DNA of 64,000 nucleotides from Bigelowiella natans CCMP2755 (lineage: Eukaryota > Protista > Cercozoa), in NCBI GenBank assembly GCA_000320545.1, contig ADNK01001706.1:4101-68100 (forward strand), written 5' to 3'. The position numbers were made by a program, and so were the translations under genes. Of this stretch, positions 49,618 to 62,289 are shown piece after piece. The notes under the pieces were generated by a model. It searched no databases. It saw nothing but the letters and a program-made list of their open reading frames with translations, and was not told the origin of the DNA. Position 1 is the first letter of the stretch; each line of letters opens with the position of its first letter.

Positions 49618-52581
49618 ATGCGAGCTTCATCTATCGCAGTGTCTCTTGGCACACTCACTCTCTCCTCTCTTGTAAGAAGCAGTTATGCATCCCAGAATAA
49701 TAGCGGAGATGATTCAGACACGGGAGGCATGTCGGATCTGTTATTGGCGATCGTCATAGTTTTATGCGCATTTTCACTACTATTGGTTCTTCTTACGTCT
49801 TATTTTGCCTTGAAGCTTTGGTGGATTCTATCAAGCACTCGAGAAGAGAAAAGGAAATCAAAGAGAATAGAATGTGCAAATAACATGATTGGAAGAAAGT
49901 TTCGATGGGTCCGTTATGGAGGAAGTCCCCTTGGTAATATTTTAAGAAAGTATTGTTACTGATTGAATACATATACAATCCTGCCACTGAAAGATTATCA
50001 CCCTATTAACAGGAAGAGGAAGTTTTGGTGAGGTGTTTCGAGCCATGATTGTGGAACCACTTTGCAATTGTGGACAAAGTTTTAAGCATATAAAGCACAA
50101 GTCAGGAGCAGCATGTTTTTTGTGTCTAGAGCCTCAAATGGAAAATGAGTCATGGCCTGGTTGCGAAACTTGCCAAACTCGAGTATGCAATCTTTGTTTT
50201 GAGACACCATGTGGAAAACAAATGGCTGTAAAGCAGGTAATCCATGGACTGATTTATCATTGATGCGTACCCAAGAAAAGTGGTCCAAAATTAGGTCGTG
50301 ACAGAAAGGAAGAAATTAGTAGTCGAAGTTCAGAAGGAGGCAATAATTTTAAAAAGACTTCACCATCCGAACATAGTATCAGTTTATAGTACAGAGACTC
50401 GAAGAGTAGAAGGTTGTGGAAAATATAACATAATAATATCAGTGTATTAAACCCAAGTACGGTCATATCCATCAGCATCAAGGGAAGATAATAAAAAGTA
50501 CAATGTTTTCATTTTTATGGAACTCGTTCTCGGTTCCTCTCTGGATCATAACATTCAAGTAAGTGTTCAACGTTATAAGCAGCTAGATCTAGGAAGCAGG
50601 TGAAATTGTTATACTGGATTTAGGCATATGGACCAATACCTGAAACTGTGATGCGAAACTTCACCCGCCAATGCATTAGAGCACTAATGTATTGCCATGA
50701 TCGTGGAATAATACATCGTGATCTGAAAGGTAAACCTATAACTATAACGAGAATAAGTGATAACATAGTCTTGGTTAGGACGAAACATACTTATTACGAG
50801 CAACGGCCTTGTAAAAATTACTGACTTCGGATCTGCGAAGGTCAATTTAGCCGAGATACATTTAAAAAATATATATATAACTCAGCACTTTGATAGATTA
50901 CAAATGATCCGCACAAACTTCATCCTATTCTTGGGGAAGAAATGAATAGAAGATTGAAACGGCGAGGAAGTTCTCGATCTGTCAGCAGAGGAGATTCAAA
51001 TGCATCTCAACTAAGAAGGAGGGATCGGGCTTTTCTTTGTCATCCAGATACGAAAGGTATCATCATCATGTTCAAAGGACAAAGAGAATATTTTCCAACT
51101 ACTCTGTATATATCATAACTTGATTTAATTACGCAGAGGGTCACTGTAGACGACACTCAAATGCGTCTTTGGCTTCCAAATTAAGTGCAGGAGGAGAAGA
51201 GCTTCCGTTCCAATATACCCTGCAATGGGTTGCACCTGAGGTGGTGCGAGCAGCCCCTGTCTGCAACTCAAAATGTGACATCTGGTCCCTAGGTTGTGTG
51301 ATTATCGAGATGAGAGGGGCTTACCCTTGGGCGGAAAGACTTCGAGGCCACGGAGCTAACCCTATGGCACTTCTACACGATATTGCAAATACGAATTTGA
51401 TCCCGGAAATTCCCTCTGATTTATCGGCTGCAGGAACAGCCTTTATAACCGCCTGTCTCTTCAGGGATCCAAATCAGAGACCAAGCGCGAGGGAGCTTCT
51501 AGAAATGCCCTGGCTATCAGCCCAGCCAGGTTTAGTAGAGGGAATATTAGGGAAAAGCCCAGTCTCCCTTTTGGAAAATTCTAAGAGCTTTTTAGGCTCA
51601 GGAGTTTCAAAGAATGATAAAAAAGAGGCAGTAGAGTGTGGATGTAGCGCATTTTTCTCCTCTTTAAGGCAACCATCAAGGTTGATTCCACGTGCAACAG
51701 TTGATGGGACCACGAGACTTTCTTCTTTGACCAAGCGACGTAGCGAAGAAAGCCCTGTTGTAAAAGTTAAGAAAGGTAGGGTTCGCCGAAATATTTCGAT
51801 AGAGTTGTCCCCAGATGCAATCGTGAATATTGAAGACAAATGGGCTAATGAAGTTGAGCGACGCGTCGATGAGGTAATAGATGAACAGATTGGAATAAAT
51901 CTCTTAAATCTGAGATTAATATTCTTGTTCTCAAAAGAATAGTTCTTATGCTAAAACAAATTAAAATGAATTATCTACAGGGATCGCAGTGTCGTCAATT
52001 TCGGCAGTTTTCTGGAGACCTATTAGATCAGCCCTGTTATAAAACTGATGACGATAATACTGATTTCAAGCACAATTTAAATCAAGAAGATTCTGTTGTG
52101 GATTACAGCAATTCCAATAAAAAGAATCCAATTAATAAATCCAAAACACTTTCTGCAGAAGTTGCGAGTGCAGGTCATATTTACATTCTAACATTTTATG
52201 AAACCCTATATTTCTCAAAAGTGATGTTACCATATAGGTGTCGCTTCCGATAACATAGAACCCATTGACGTTCTTGATAATGACGAATTTTGGAGAAATC
52301 ATCCGGGTTCGCCGGTTTCAAGGAACCCAGTAGTTTCCCAAGCAACATCTCCGTCCCATGCACATTCAGCAGCAGCCATCGCTACTTCTCCGTTGCGATC
52401 GCGAGCACCATCGACAACTTCTGATGCCGATCGCAGGTGCAGGCCTGGTGGATTGAATCCTCAAATTACTTCACCTAAACTAGAGGCTCCACGTGTGGTG
52501 TTCAATTTCAATGGATTAGGCCTTCCTGCACAAGAAAACCGTCTACCTTTCAAAAGATCAGGATCGAACAAAACCCTCTAG
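49618..52581 (+). CDS. Membrane-anchored Ser/Thr kinase, STE11/MAP3K-like catalytic domain, multi-exon
   Basis: Signal-like N-terminus, TM helix, LG-RGSFGEVF, MAVKQ, FIFMELV, IIHRDLKG, NILIT..VKITDFGSAK, WVAPE, DIWSLGCVIIEM, RPSARELL. Confidence 0.9.
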
Positions 52582-53294
52582 AAGCAAACATACATGTCTA
52601 GATCTAGAAATGTTTACGACTACTACATCTGGGGACAACCCAATCGAAATGTTATTTCGGCGATCCCTAAAGAGTGATCACATGCATGTAAGAAAAGGCA
52701 CATGTGAACACATTGGCACTACTAGACGGATGCACATTGCGCGCATGCTAGCATGCACCACTGTCACACAGCCGATCTAGCGATGCGGATGTCGGGATTC
52801 GAACAAGGGCAATCCAATCCTCATTTTTGTGGATTTTCACAATGCTACATGCTAGCATGCTAGCATCTAGAGCATGATGCTAGCTAGCTAGAATGGATGG
52901 CTAGATGGCTAGATGAACAAGACGATGCCACCATGGCCAAAATGATGCGCATGCACTGCAATCTAGCAATCACAGCCTTCAAGCTAGCAAGAGAACAGAG
53001 CTAGCAGAGTGTTGGCCCATGCGCTCACAATGACAAATGAGATCAAAAGCAGCAGGCTAGCAGGCATGCATGATGAATGATTGTTTGTGATTCTGACATC
53101 ATCTAGATCATCATTCGCAAATTCTAGCAGCTAGGAGCTTTAATGGATGTCTAGATAAGCGTTGCGTTCAAACGCTAATGACTTTTGTGTGTGAGTAGAT
53201 GACTAGATGAACATAAGATGACTAGATTTCAGTTCGGTGCCGAAGACTGCATCCAACGAGCACGTATGGGTGATATGCACGACCCTACCTTCCT

Positions 53295-56200
53295 CTACTT
53301 TCCGAACATGTAAGAACGATCGCCCGTCTGCAAGGGGTAATCATAAATTAATCCACAGCTGTTACATTAAAGGTGTTCCTAACCGCCTTACCTTCCATGA
53401 GAAAATTCTCATCGGAATCCTGTAGTTATTGTTGGCGCTGCTGACAAAGTTTGTTGGTGTGGTGAAGTAGCGGAATAGCTGGTTTGTTGTCCAGAGAATC
53501 GATCCTTAAAAATATCAATGTGACAAAATCTCACTACTCACATTTCCCCCAACAGTTTCATAACGGTAGGCAACATATATACTCTCCATGTCTCAGCTGC
53601 ACAGTCATATCGTGATATTTTGATGAAGCTCAACACTCCAAGTGCCCAATACAAACAGCACACAAGGACTTCAGCAACCGTCGTCATCGCCCACAAAGAC
53701 TGTCACCACCGTTAGCACTACGATGCAAAAACCATTATTACCTTCTTCATCATCAAAAGCAAATGTATCCACCCATTGCATAGTTACACTGTTAGAGTAG
53801 GCCTCGGCTGCAGTAACAAGACGGAACAGAATTGCACACGCCATTTCAGCATCAGCTAGTGGCAGTTTGAATTACTTCCTTAATCAAAACCATTATGTAC
53901 TCATGCTACTACTGGCCCGAACGACATCATCATCATCGCTGCATGCTCATGTAAGATCTAATATCGTTGTACCACTGACAGGTGGTTGCATCGAGGAGAT
54001 TCGATTGATGCGGTACACTGCAGACGTGGTTAGTCCTCCGTATATCAGATCCCCCTTCAAGCACAAGAGCAAGAAAGGATAAGCAGAAAACGCGTTAGGT
54101 AAATTTAAAGCTACTGCTTCGGACGAGGGAATGAGTAAACATGCTTCTTCTTTTCCTTTCCTTTTTTTTAGAAACTCGCAGTGGCATTATTTCGTGTGGT
54201 GTAGAGGAAAAGAATAGTAGCGTGTATGATAGGACGTTGGAAGTCATGGCCAGCCCATCGCTTGGAGAATCCTTCTCGATGACTTTGACGACCTTCCGAT
54301 GTTATCGTATAGCATCATGTCATCACCTCATGACAAACGCTGCAAAGAGTTAGAAAAGATTGGGTTGGGCTTCTCTCTTTAGATCACGTAGATGAAGCCA
54401 TCTTTGGGGAGGGTATTATTTTTGGGTCAACCCCTTCTTTTCGAGGATGGCAATGGATTCGATGGCAAACACATGTATAATGATGCAATTGGCCAGCTTG
54501 CTCACCAATCAGCGTCAATACCCACCAACACAACCACCTATTCACGCTGGTGATTGTCATCACCATTATCATCACCACACAGATCGAAGCAGCACCAGCA
54601 CCACCCCACCCCAAACCACCTCTTGCGAGATCTGCTGCCATGTGAGGCTAAAGTTCATCAGGGCCGATGTTGGCACCACGAACAAATCGAGCGAGTGCAG
54701 TGCACAGTAGTACAGCTCATTGCCATCTGGGGTCAGCGCAATACCTAGGACAACAACAATCTCCTGACGGCCAGTCCACATATGTGCATTTAAGCTCGTG
54801 CATATGGCCATTTTTGTAGAGAATGAGTCGGCAGCTAACCCTCTTTCAGTAGGGACAAAATCCTCGCAATCGCCCCCCAGAGGAGGCTGCGAGCGAGCGA
54901 TATTGTGAAAGTGTATGCGACACCCATGCCACTCGTACAAATGTGTTGAATCGCGCGTGTGTTGCGTCTGTGTGTGTATCTCTGCTCCCCCTTTTCTTTT
55001 CTCTGGCTCGTCTTATATGCATTTCTTACCATCTGACGGAGTGGTGAAATTTTGAGTGCCGTAGTTGACCGAATCGATAATAAATGCCAACGAAGGGTTG
55101 ATCCGAGTACTGACACCGCTGCATTAGAATAGCATCTAAAGCTAAAGAACAACGGTGCTGGGGCTTGTGGTGCTTGCGATGGGTTTGCGTGACGATCTAC
55201 TGAATGGTGTTTGATTACGTGCTTTATTAGCTTTATTAGTGCGACCTGAATCGACGAGATAAGTTCCTTGTGAAGTCGTAGGCAATGATGCCACCAGGGC
55301 CATTTGCGTCGCTTTTCACATGGAGATAGAAGCTATTAGTCGGTTTGCTGCTGCTGCTGCTGCTGCTGCTGCTAATGGTGGTGGTGGTGGTGGTGGTGGT
55401 GGTGGAAAATACGAGAAAGCAAGTACATTGGCATCCCACCCCTACCACTTCAGCTAGTCGTTGGATAGTAGCTGGTGCTACAACCTTATATATGCCCAGT
55501 TGCGATCGACGTCCACGACGATGTCATTGAGGAAGGAGGAGTTGTACGGAGCTACCTGTGGGTAGTGGAGCGCGTGTTTCAAATATTGGCAAGGCGATAA
55601 GACACCGTCAGGATCATAGCAATCGCATTCCCAATGTAGACATATTTTGTGCGCCTGATCTTGCATCATCTCACTGCAAGATAGCGTCTCGCTGAGGATC
55701 TCGAAGCAATCACGAGCGTCGATTCGGCCGCAAACATAACTCACCTCGTTTGGGAAAACGTAGCTCTTGACCGTTTGGTTTGTGTTCAGGTCGTAGATGA
55801 TGATCTTGGGCGGCGAGGAGTTGTCAGGGGTTGGAGTAGCTATGTAAAGCCGTCCCACGTCAATAATCCACATCCAACCTTCATCATATGCGACAAAGCA
55901 ACGTCTCACCACCAATCAACGACGGAGTATATTGGCGCGCACACGTCACAGCGCTGCGATCGCTGTTGGCATTAGGCGCGAAATATAAACATCAGAGTGT
56001 CAGTTGGCTGCTGCTGCTTTCGAGTGCCGGAGTGATAAATAGGGTATGCAACGAGTTGTCTGCAGCACTATATCCGGTGAGAAATGAAATTCAGGAGCCT
56101 GGATTGTGTTAAGTCACGATTATCTGCCAGTGTGAGTTCTTTCCCAATCGGCCATTAATCGGCCATTAATCTTCCAATCGGCGACTTCCTCTATTACGCA

Positions 56201-56449
56201 AGTACTACCACCACCCCCTGCAATGCATTCACCCACACAACCCCTACCTCTCGGGTCGATCTCCATTGATTGGACATACTGGAGCGCACTTGGATCTCCT
56301 GAACGCGTTGCATATACGGCGACAACGCCCGCTCTCAGGATGCTAGAATTTACGCGGATAATGCCTTAATAAACGAACATAAGACCGACCGATGGCTTGC
56401 CACCCACACGAAGGAAATGGCTCGTGCTTCCCTCTATTTCCACGTGCAA

Positions 56450-56537
<88 letters not shown>

Positions 56538-56750
56538 GACGCCCCATAAGAGAATGCGACCTCATACAAACTATCGACTCGTTTGTGCTGGCAGAGCGTA
56601 CAGTAGGAGTTGATTTACGATGCGAAGTAAGTGGATCAATATCACCAGTTTGCGCAACCACGTTCAGAGTCGATGGGACGCCGCGTTTCCATCTTGGAAC
56701 AACATATATCGTAACAGTAACAACAGCACCAGCACCAGCACCAGCACCGA

Positions 56751-56783
<33 letters not shown>

Positions 56784-57946
56784 AAGAAGTAGCAGTAGGT
56801 GATGCAGTAGTATACAAATCATCAGATATGTCAGATAACGATCGCGTTTGCCGCCGCACACTCCTCGTAGAAACACAGGCACCCACGTATTTACAGCTAC
56901 AAATCAGCATATATATATATATATATATATGTACCTGTGTGCTGAATCTAGAAGATTAAAAGAAGAAGTAGAAGTAGAAGAGGGAGAAGAAGAAAGGGAG
57001 GGAGGGAGGGAGGGTGGGAGGGAGGGAGGGAGAGAGAAATGGTAGAAAAAGATACAAGGAATGATTCACACCTAGGAACAGTAACGTAAAGCTTATTTTT
57101 GTATGCCTTGAGCCCCTGACAGACATATAAGCACATACACGCACAAACACACATATAAACACAACAATAAAGAGAAAAATAGAGGAGGGGAGAATGAGAG
57201 GAACAAATCGAAGGGCGTGAGCACGTGAGCGGCCCATTGATCTGTGCGGGCTCCGACACAAATCTGCGACAATATCCATGTGCAGCTCACTGGCATGTGT
57301 GCCTTTGTCATTGTATTCGCTTCACTCCTTGATACGTGTACTACCGTGATAACATTATTTTCCACCGTGTAGCTGTTCCCGCAGTAGCTAAGAAGATACG
57401 GCAACGAGCACATATTCACTAACCAATCTTGCTGCGGATGTAGAGCAAAGCAATGTACATCAACAACAACAATCGAAAGGTGCTTACTTTGTGAAGTCGA
57501 CAGAGGAAAACTGGTGCAATATTTTGGGCAGTTCTCCCGACGAAGAATCTTCCACATAATGGATATAAGACAGCCAAATTTACCTTGAGGACAACATGCT
57601 AATGCAATGATTTCTTCCGCTGAACCTGAGTCTTTCCCTTTGTCATTTTTGATGAATAGCAACGTCACCAGAGATATAGCCAACATTACCGCAACAAACA
57701 CGAAAATAAGGGGAGCCACGACCTGCAACACAAGCCTTAGTTTTTTGGTGTCGGGTGATCTGTGGGATCATCACAACAGTTGCCCACCTTAAAGTATCGC
57801 TTGCAATCGTTCATATGATCATCTGCAGGATGATGATGCGACTGTTGAATGGCCCCTTCCTGATCTCCCAACCGTCGGAATTGCACCGAGTTGGCGTTCT
57901 CCATTCTCATGCTGCTGGCCGGCGCAGGCAGGGCCAGAAGTATCAC
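53295..57946 (-). CDS. Yellow / major royal jelly protein family beta-propeller, many introns
   Basis: Exon motifs TVENNVIT, VPRWKRGVPSTLNVV, YVQSMEIDP, WMWIIDVGR..PPKIIIYDL, FLNDIVVD, GIALTPDGNELYYCAL, SDGLAM, WVDTFAFD. 5' end approximate. Confidence 0.85.
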
Positions 57947-58443
57947 CGCTTGCCTCTTCTTCTTGCTCGGGAATGTGAAGAAGGGCCCGGCTGAGATCGG
58001 ACAATAAATATATCTTAAGACAGGGGGACTTCAAATATTTTTTCTTCAGGAAACCAGGAGATTTTGCTCCAGATGGAATCCCACTCGGTTGTCTCAGGAT
58101 GACAAGCTCCCTGCCCGAATCTAAACGAACAATTCATGATTTTAGACTGCGACAAGGCATGTGATGGCCTTCTCACATCAAAAAGGCTTCCATCTGAAGA
58201 CCCGTTGATGTAAGATGTAAGACTTACAAGAAGTATCAAGGGTGTGCAAAATGCACTCCGGTTTTTACTAATGCGCGCCGTTTTTACTCAAACGAACGTA
58301 AAACAAGCATCTTCTTATGAAGCTGGGCGGTCTGGGAGAGATTACGTTACTACTATTTTTAGAGCAAGATCTCATATCACGCATTCCTGAATCCCCATTC
58401 CGTAGCTCACAGTGCAGACCGAAGATCTGATTCGAAGACGAAA

Positions 58444-59286
58444 ATGGGCGCTATTATCTCCAAGGTACCTGCCCCCGAACAGTTTTATGACCAGGTGGAG
58501 GTTCCCAAGGCCAATCTAACAACCATGAGTGGTTTTGGGTTGGGAGTCTACATCATCTGCGCGGTGGCTTTTATATTAAGCATCTTCTATTACAAGGACC
58601 AGACAGTCGATCTTTCTAAGACCGAAACTACAGTATCACTGAATGGATATGAGGACTGGAATTGTGTGATTCTCACTCCTCTGACTCGCGTGCTCCCTTC
58701 GGGTCTCGATACGGATCCCAGCGGTCTCGGCGGTGGCGTATGCACAGTGAGCAGCAGTGGGACGTCTAGCTATGAGGATTTGTATTTTGAAAAGTACAGT
58801 GACTGCGGCATTAATGCAACCTCCGCATGGACCTACACCGTGACGAATGTTACAACGGGCATCAATGAGAAACTTCAGATTAATGTCAAGTATCCCTCTA
58901 CAAACGGAGAATTGGTCCTGAAGACATTCGAAGCTTTAGACATGGCAGGTTTTGGGGGCTGCGACGTGGCTAGCATTGCATCCGGGATTATTCAGGCATA
59001 CGCAGGACGAAATCTGTGCCGATACTGGGTTGCGAAGCCGCCGTACCAGTGCAAGATAGAGTATAGCGAAAAACTCTTTAAGCTTCCTGACACACTTGCG
59101 CTCTCATTCTCGTCAGCAAATCTTGCGTTTACCGTGATGGTCGCTGTGTTCAGTTTAATTTTGGACAAGTGTTTCGCGGACCATCCAGACCGTCACATCG
59201 CCGAAGATTCGAAGACGGGTCATTTGTCAAAACTCCCACAAGGCCGCAGCAGTCAAGGTGTGACAGGTTCCGATGCGGCTCTCTAG
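58444..59286 (+). CDS. Intronless two-transmembrane protein with Cys-containing loop
   Basis: 280-aa ATG-to-stop ORF with hydrophobic helices near both ends and a PPYQC motif. Confidence 0.8.
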   Translation: MGAIISKVPAPEQFYDQVEVPKANLTTMSGFGLGVYIICAVAFILSIFYYKDQTVDLSKTETTVSLNGYEDWNCVILTPLTRVLPSGLDTDPSGLGGGVCTVSSSGTSSYEDLYFEKYSDCGINATSAWTYTVTNVTTGINEKLQINVKYPSTNGELVLKTFEALDMAGFGGCDVASIASGIIQAYAGRNLCRYWVAKPPYQCKIEYSEKLFKLPDTLALSFSSANLAFTVMVAVFSLILDKCFADHPDRHIAEDSKTGHLSKLPQGRSSQGVTGSDAAL

Positions 59287-59443
59287 AGAATTAGTTTCGA
59301 TGTTCAACATGGCTTCAGATGCACGGGTAGCTATGCAACAACGCCTGATTACGTTGCTTTTTGGCAATTAATCGTTGGAATTGCAGCGAAAAATTGCACC
59401 ATCCTGACCGCCATTTGAGGCTTCCCTGTGGCTGCGTGAAATT

Positions 59444-59517
59444 TAGTAATAGCATATATAATATATATATGATATTACGTGTCTATAAGCTATGCTTATA
59501 ATAGACATAGTAATAGC

Positions 59518-59555
<38 letters not shown>

Positions 59556-59570
59556 ATCACGTGTCTATAA
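59444..59570 (+). repeat. Imperfect AT-rich tandem duplication with a small inverted spacer
   Basis: TAGTAATAGCATATATAAT(AT)nGATAT[T/C]ACGTGTCTATAA twice. Confidence 0.8.
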
Positions 59571-60265
59571 TTTTACATGCCCTGTTCGCCACGAAATGCA
59601 AATCATGCAACTGCGCCCGGTGAGCAAATGCGCGCGCCAGTGCATGTTCTCCATCATGTAATGTAACCAAGTTTGAGCAAATGAGACAAGCACGGCACCT
59701 GAACAACATTTCAACAAATTCAAATCGCTTTGAGTGTCGTTGCTTTCATTGCTAGATTGCACTGCTAGTGAGAAGGATGCAATATGAAGTGGTCAAATCT
59801 TTTCAACAGTCCTCCAAACGTAGCCATGCAAAGCAGATTGCACTGGCCACTTGCTGAGATCAGCATGTAGTTTGGCGGGGGAAAATGAAAGTCGAGATTA
59901 TGGATGTCGCGATGAATTGTTGATGAATCCACACGTGCGATTGGCTGCAAAAGCACGCGTCCAAGTCTGCATCGCAAACATACAGGGAGCCCTGTTAATG
60001 GCACTCGAAACGTCATCAGTTCGAACAACGAGCTTGATGTGGAAAGTCGAGATGGGCTGGGGGGCAGGCCCGGCCAGCCGGGCTGCACAGCTATCAACAG
60101 CTAGCCCCCTGTCTCGACTTTTTTGGTGCGTCATCTCAATGCTTGCGATGACGTAGCGAGTGTTGCGGGCCTCTGCGATGCAATTTCACATTCATTGTGC
60201 CAACATGCAAGCAACACAACTCCAATCACAATGCATAGCATGGCTTCCGGAACAGTTCCTGACTA

Positions 60266-62288
60266 TTTTTTGTTTTTCCCCCAAAAGTTGTCATCATCAT
60301 CTAGATCACAATCATCCACACGCTGAGCCATGGCAACTAGCTGGTGGACACCGATGTTTGTGTGTGCCAATGGTGCCATGATGTTGCCAGCCAGAGTTGC
60401 CAGCGAGGACGCAAAGTCATCGACCAAAACCAAAAAATCCCAACGTGTGTCCATCGCAAAATTTTCGATTGCCATCACCATGCAACTAGATCACGATGCA
60501 AAATTCTCACATTCTCAAGTCATCTAGTCATCATTGCGATTGTTCCAAGTTTTGCAGTTTTGTTTTCTGGCACATGCAACGCTGTTCACATGTCTAGACT
60601 TGTTGACGGTGATGTGGCAGTGACAAGTCGCAGAAACTCCATGTGTTGTTTGGGATCATTTTTGACAGCCTGACAACTTCAACAGCGTGAGCCAAGTGAC
60701 ATGCCTGAACCGAAGCACAATTGAACAAGTCCAGATCGAACGATTGGCATCATTGGATTGGTGAAGCATCACTTGTGCACGATTGATCTGGCATTCACAG
60801 AACAGCACAGAAGCCAAGCGAGTTCCCAACGAACGAACGTTCAGTCAGCAGCACTCACGAGAAACAGCAAACTGTGCTCCAGTGATTCAATGAGAGATGA
60901 ATGATCCTGATTGGAGTCATCGTGCATGATTTCCTCCAGCTCTTGAGCGAATCGAACCCAAAGTGACCGAACACTCACGATCTAGTGATGTTTCTCAAGT
61001 CCAGATCTTGAGAGATTTGAGACAAAGCCACAGACAAAGCCACGAACAAAGTCACAAACAAAGCACTCAGCAATGAACACTTTGAGTGTGTCAGCATCGA
61101 CCAAAGTGTGATGGCAAAAATGCTCTCCCTCGTCCGTCCTAGCGTCGTCCGCTTGCAAGCTTGCACTGCTAGACTGTGCAAAGTGGATCTTTCTGTTGCA
61201 TTGGCTTGCTCCAGCGGAACGTCAATGTTTGTCTGGTCGTTCAAACCTCAGGCGAATGGCTCGCTAGCAAGAGTTGCTAGCTCACCACGGCTAGGCGGCC
61301 AAGTCGTCCGAAAGAGTCACAAAACGCCCGCATGTCTAGCTTGTGAGCAGGTCGAGGCTCCTCAGTCCACAACTGCACGGCAACTGATCTTCGCCTGAAG
61401 CTGTTTCGGAGAAATGACTTTCCACGTGCTGAACAGAGAAAGAAAGAAAGAAGTCCATGATCTTCGGACACATTCGGACACATCGGACAGTTTCACAATG
61501 CCCATTTGGAAGTGTTTCATGAATGAGGAGCTCTGCGCGTGCGCGCGCATCACAATGGTGTTTTCGTCAACAGAACAATGAACAATGAACAATGAAGAAA
61601 GCGTTGATCAAAACCACATGCGCCAGAACCACATGGGAGACAGGCATTTGCACGCAGCAGAGCCTCAACAACACTCGTTGCAAGGACTTGTCAGCACCCT
61701 GTTGGTGAGAGACACAAAAAATCAGCCGCATCCCATGAAATTGGCATGGATGCCGATTGATGGTGCCGTTGAGATGTGAATTGATTGGAACTAAAACTGG
61801 CATCTTGGATGCCGAACAGCAGCAAAATTGTCAAGCAGGACAATGGTTCGACGGAAAGCCCTGTCGATTTCTTTGTCAGTCGAAGGGACACCAGATGTGG
61901 CCCCCAAAGCAAGGCAGAACTTGTCATGGGAAGACACAGCTGAGAAAGCACGCAACGTGACCACGTCATCATTGGCATCAGGTTGATGACGAGACACTAG
62001 GTGACGAATCCTGCTAGCCTGGTCCAAAAACGGTCTCTGATGTCGCACGTTCCTTGGCAGGAGAACAAAAGGTGCATCAGGGACATGTCTTCGTGAGAAT
62101 CGCACAAGGAGCACCAGCCCTCATGCTGCTCCAGTGCGAAGAATCTGGCAGTGTTGTGACGCCACCACAAGGCTCCACAACGAGCTCAAAAAGGCATTCA
62201 TTCTCGATTTGTGCGTGTCATCCTTGCGCAGGGGCCATGCTGATCTTCTCTGTGTCGTTCCAATTTTTGCGGCAACGACCGGAAGGCG
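60266..62288. other. Extreme TpA-depleted block
   Basis: By manual scan about 14 CTAG and a single non-CTAG TA (61792) in about 2 kb. Confidence 0.92.
61574..62187 (-). mobile_element. LINE 3' fragment, copy 2 (5'-truncated)
   Basis: Colinear and highly similar to about 43311-43915, including the (CATTGTT)n tail. Confidence 0.92.
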
Positions 62289-62289
62289 T
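62188..62289 (-). ncRNA. U6: U6 snRNA copy (probably a pseudogene) fused to the LINE fragment
   Basis: Minus strand reads AAAATTGGAACGACACAGAGAAGATCAGCATGGCCCCTGCGCAAGGATGACACGCACAAATCGAGAATGAATGCCTTTTT: ACAGAGA box, ISL and U-tail, preceded by a short 5' hairpin; about 102 nt. Confidence 0.93.
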
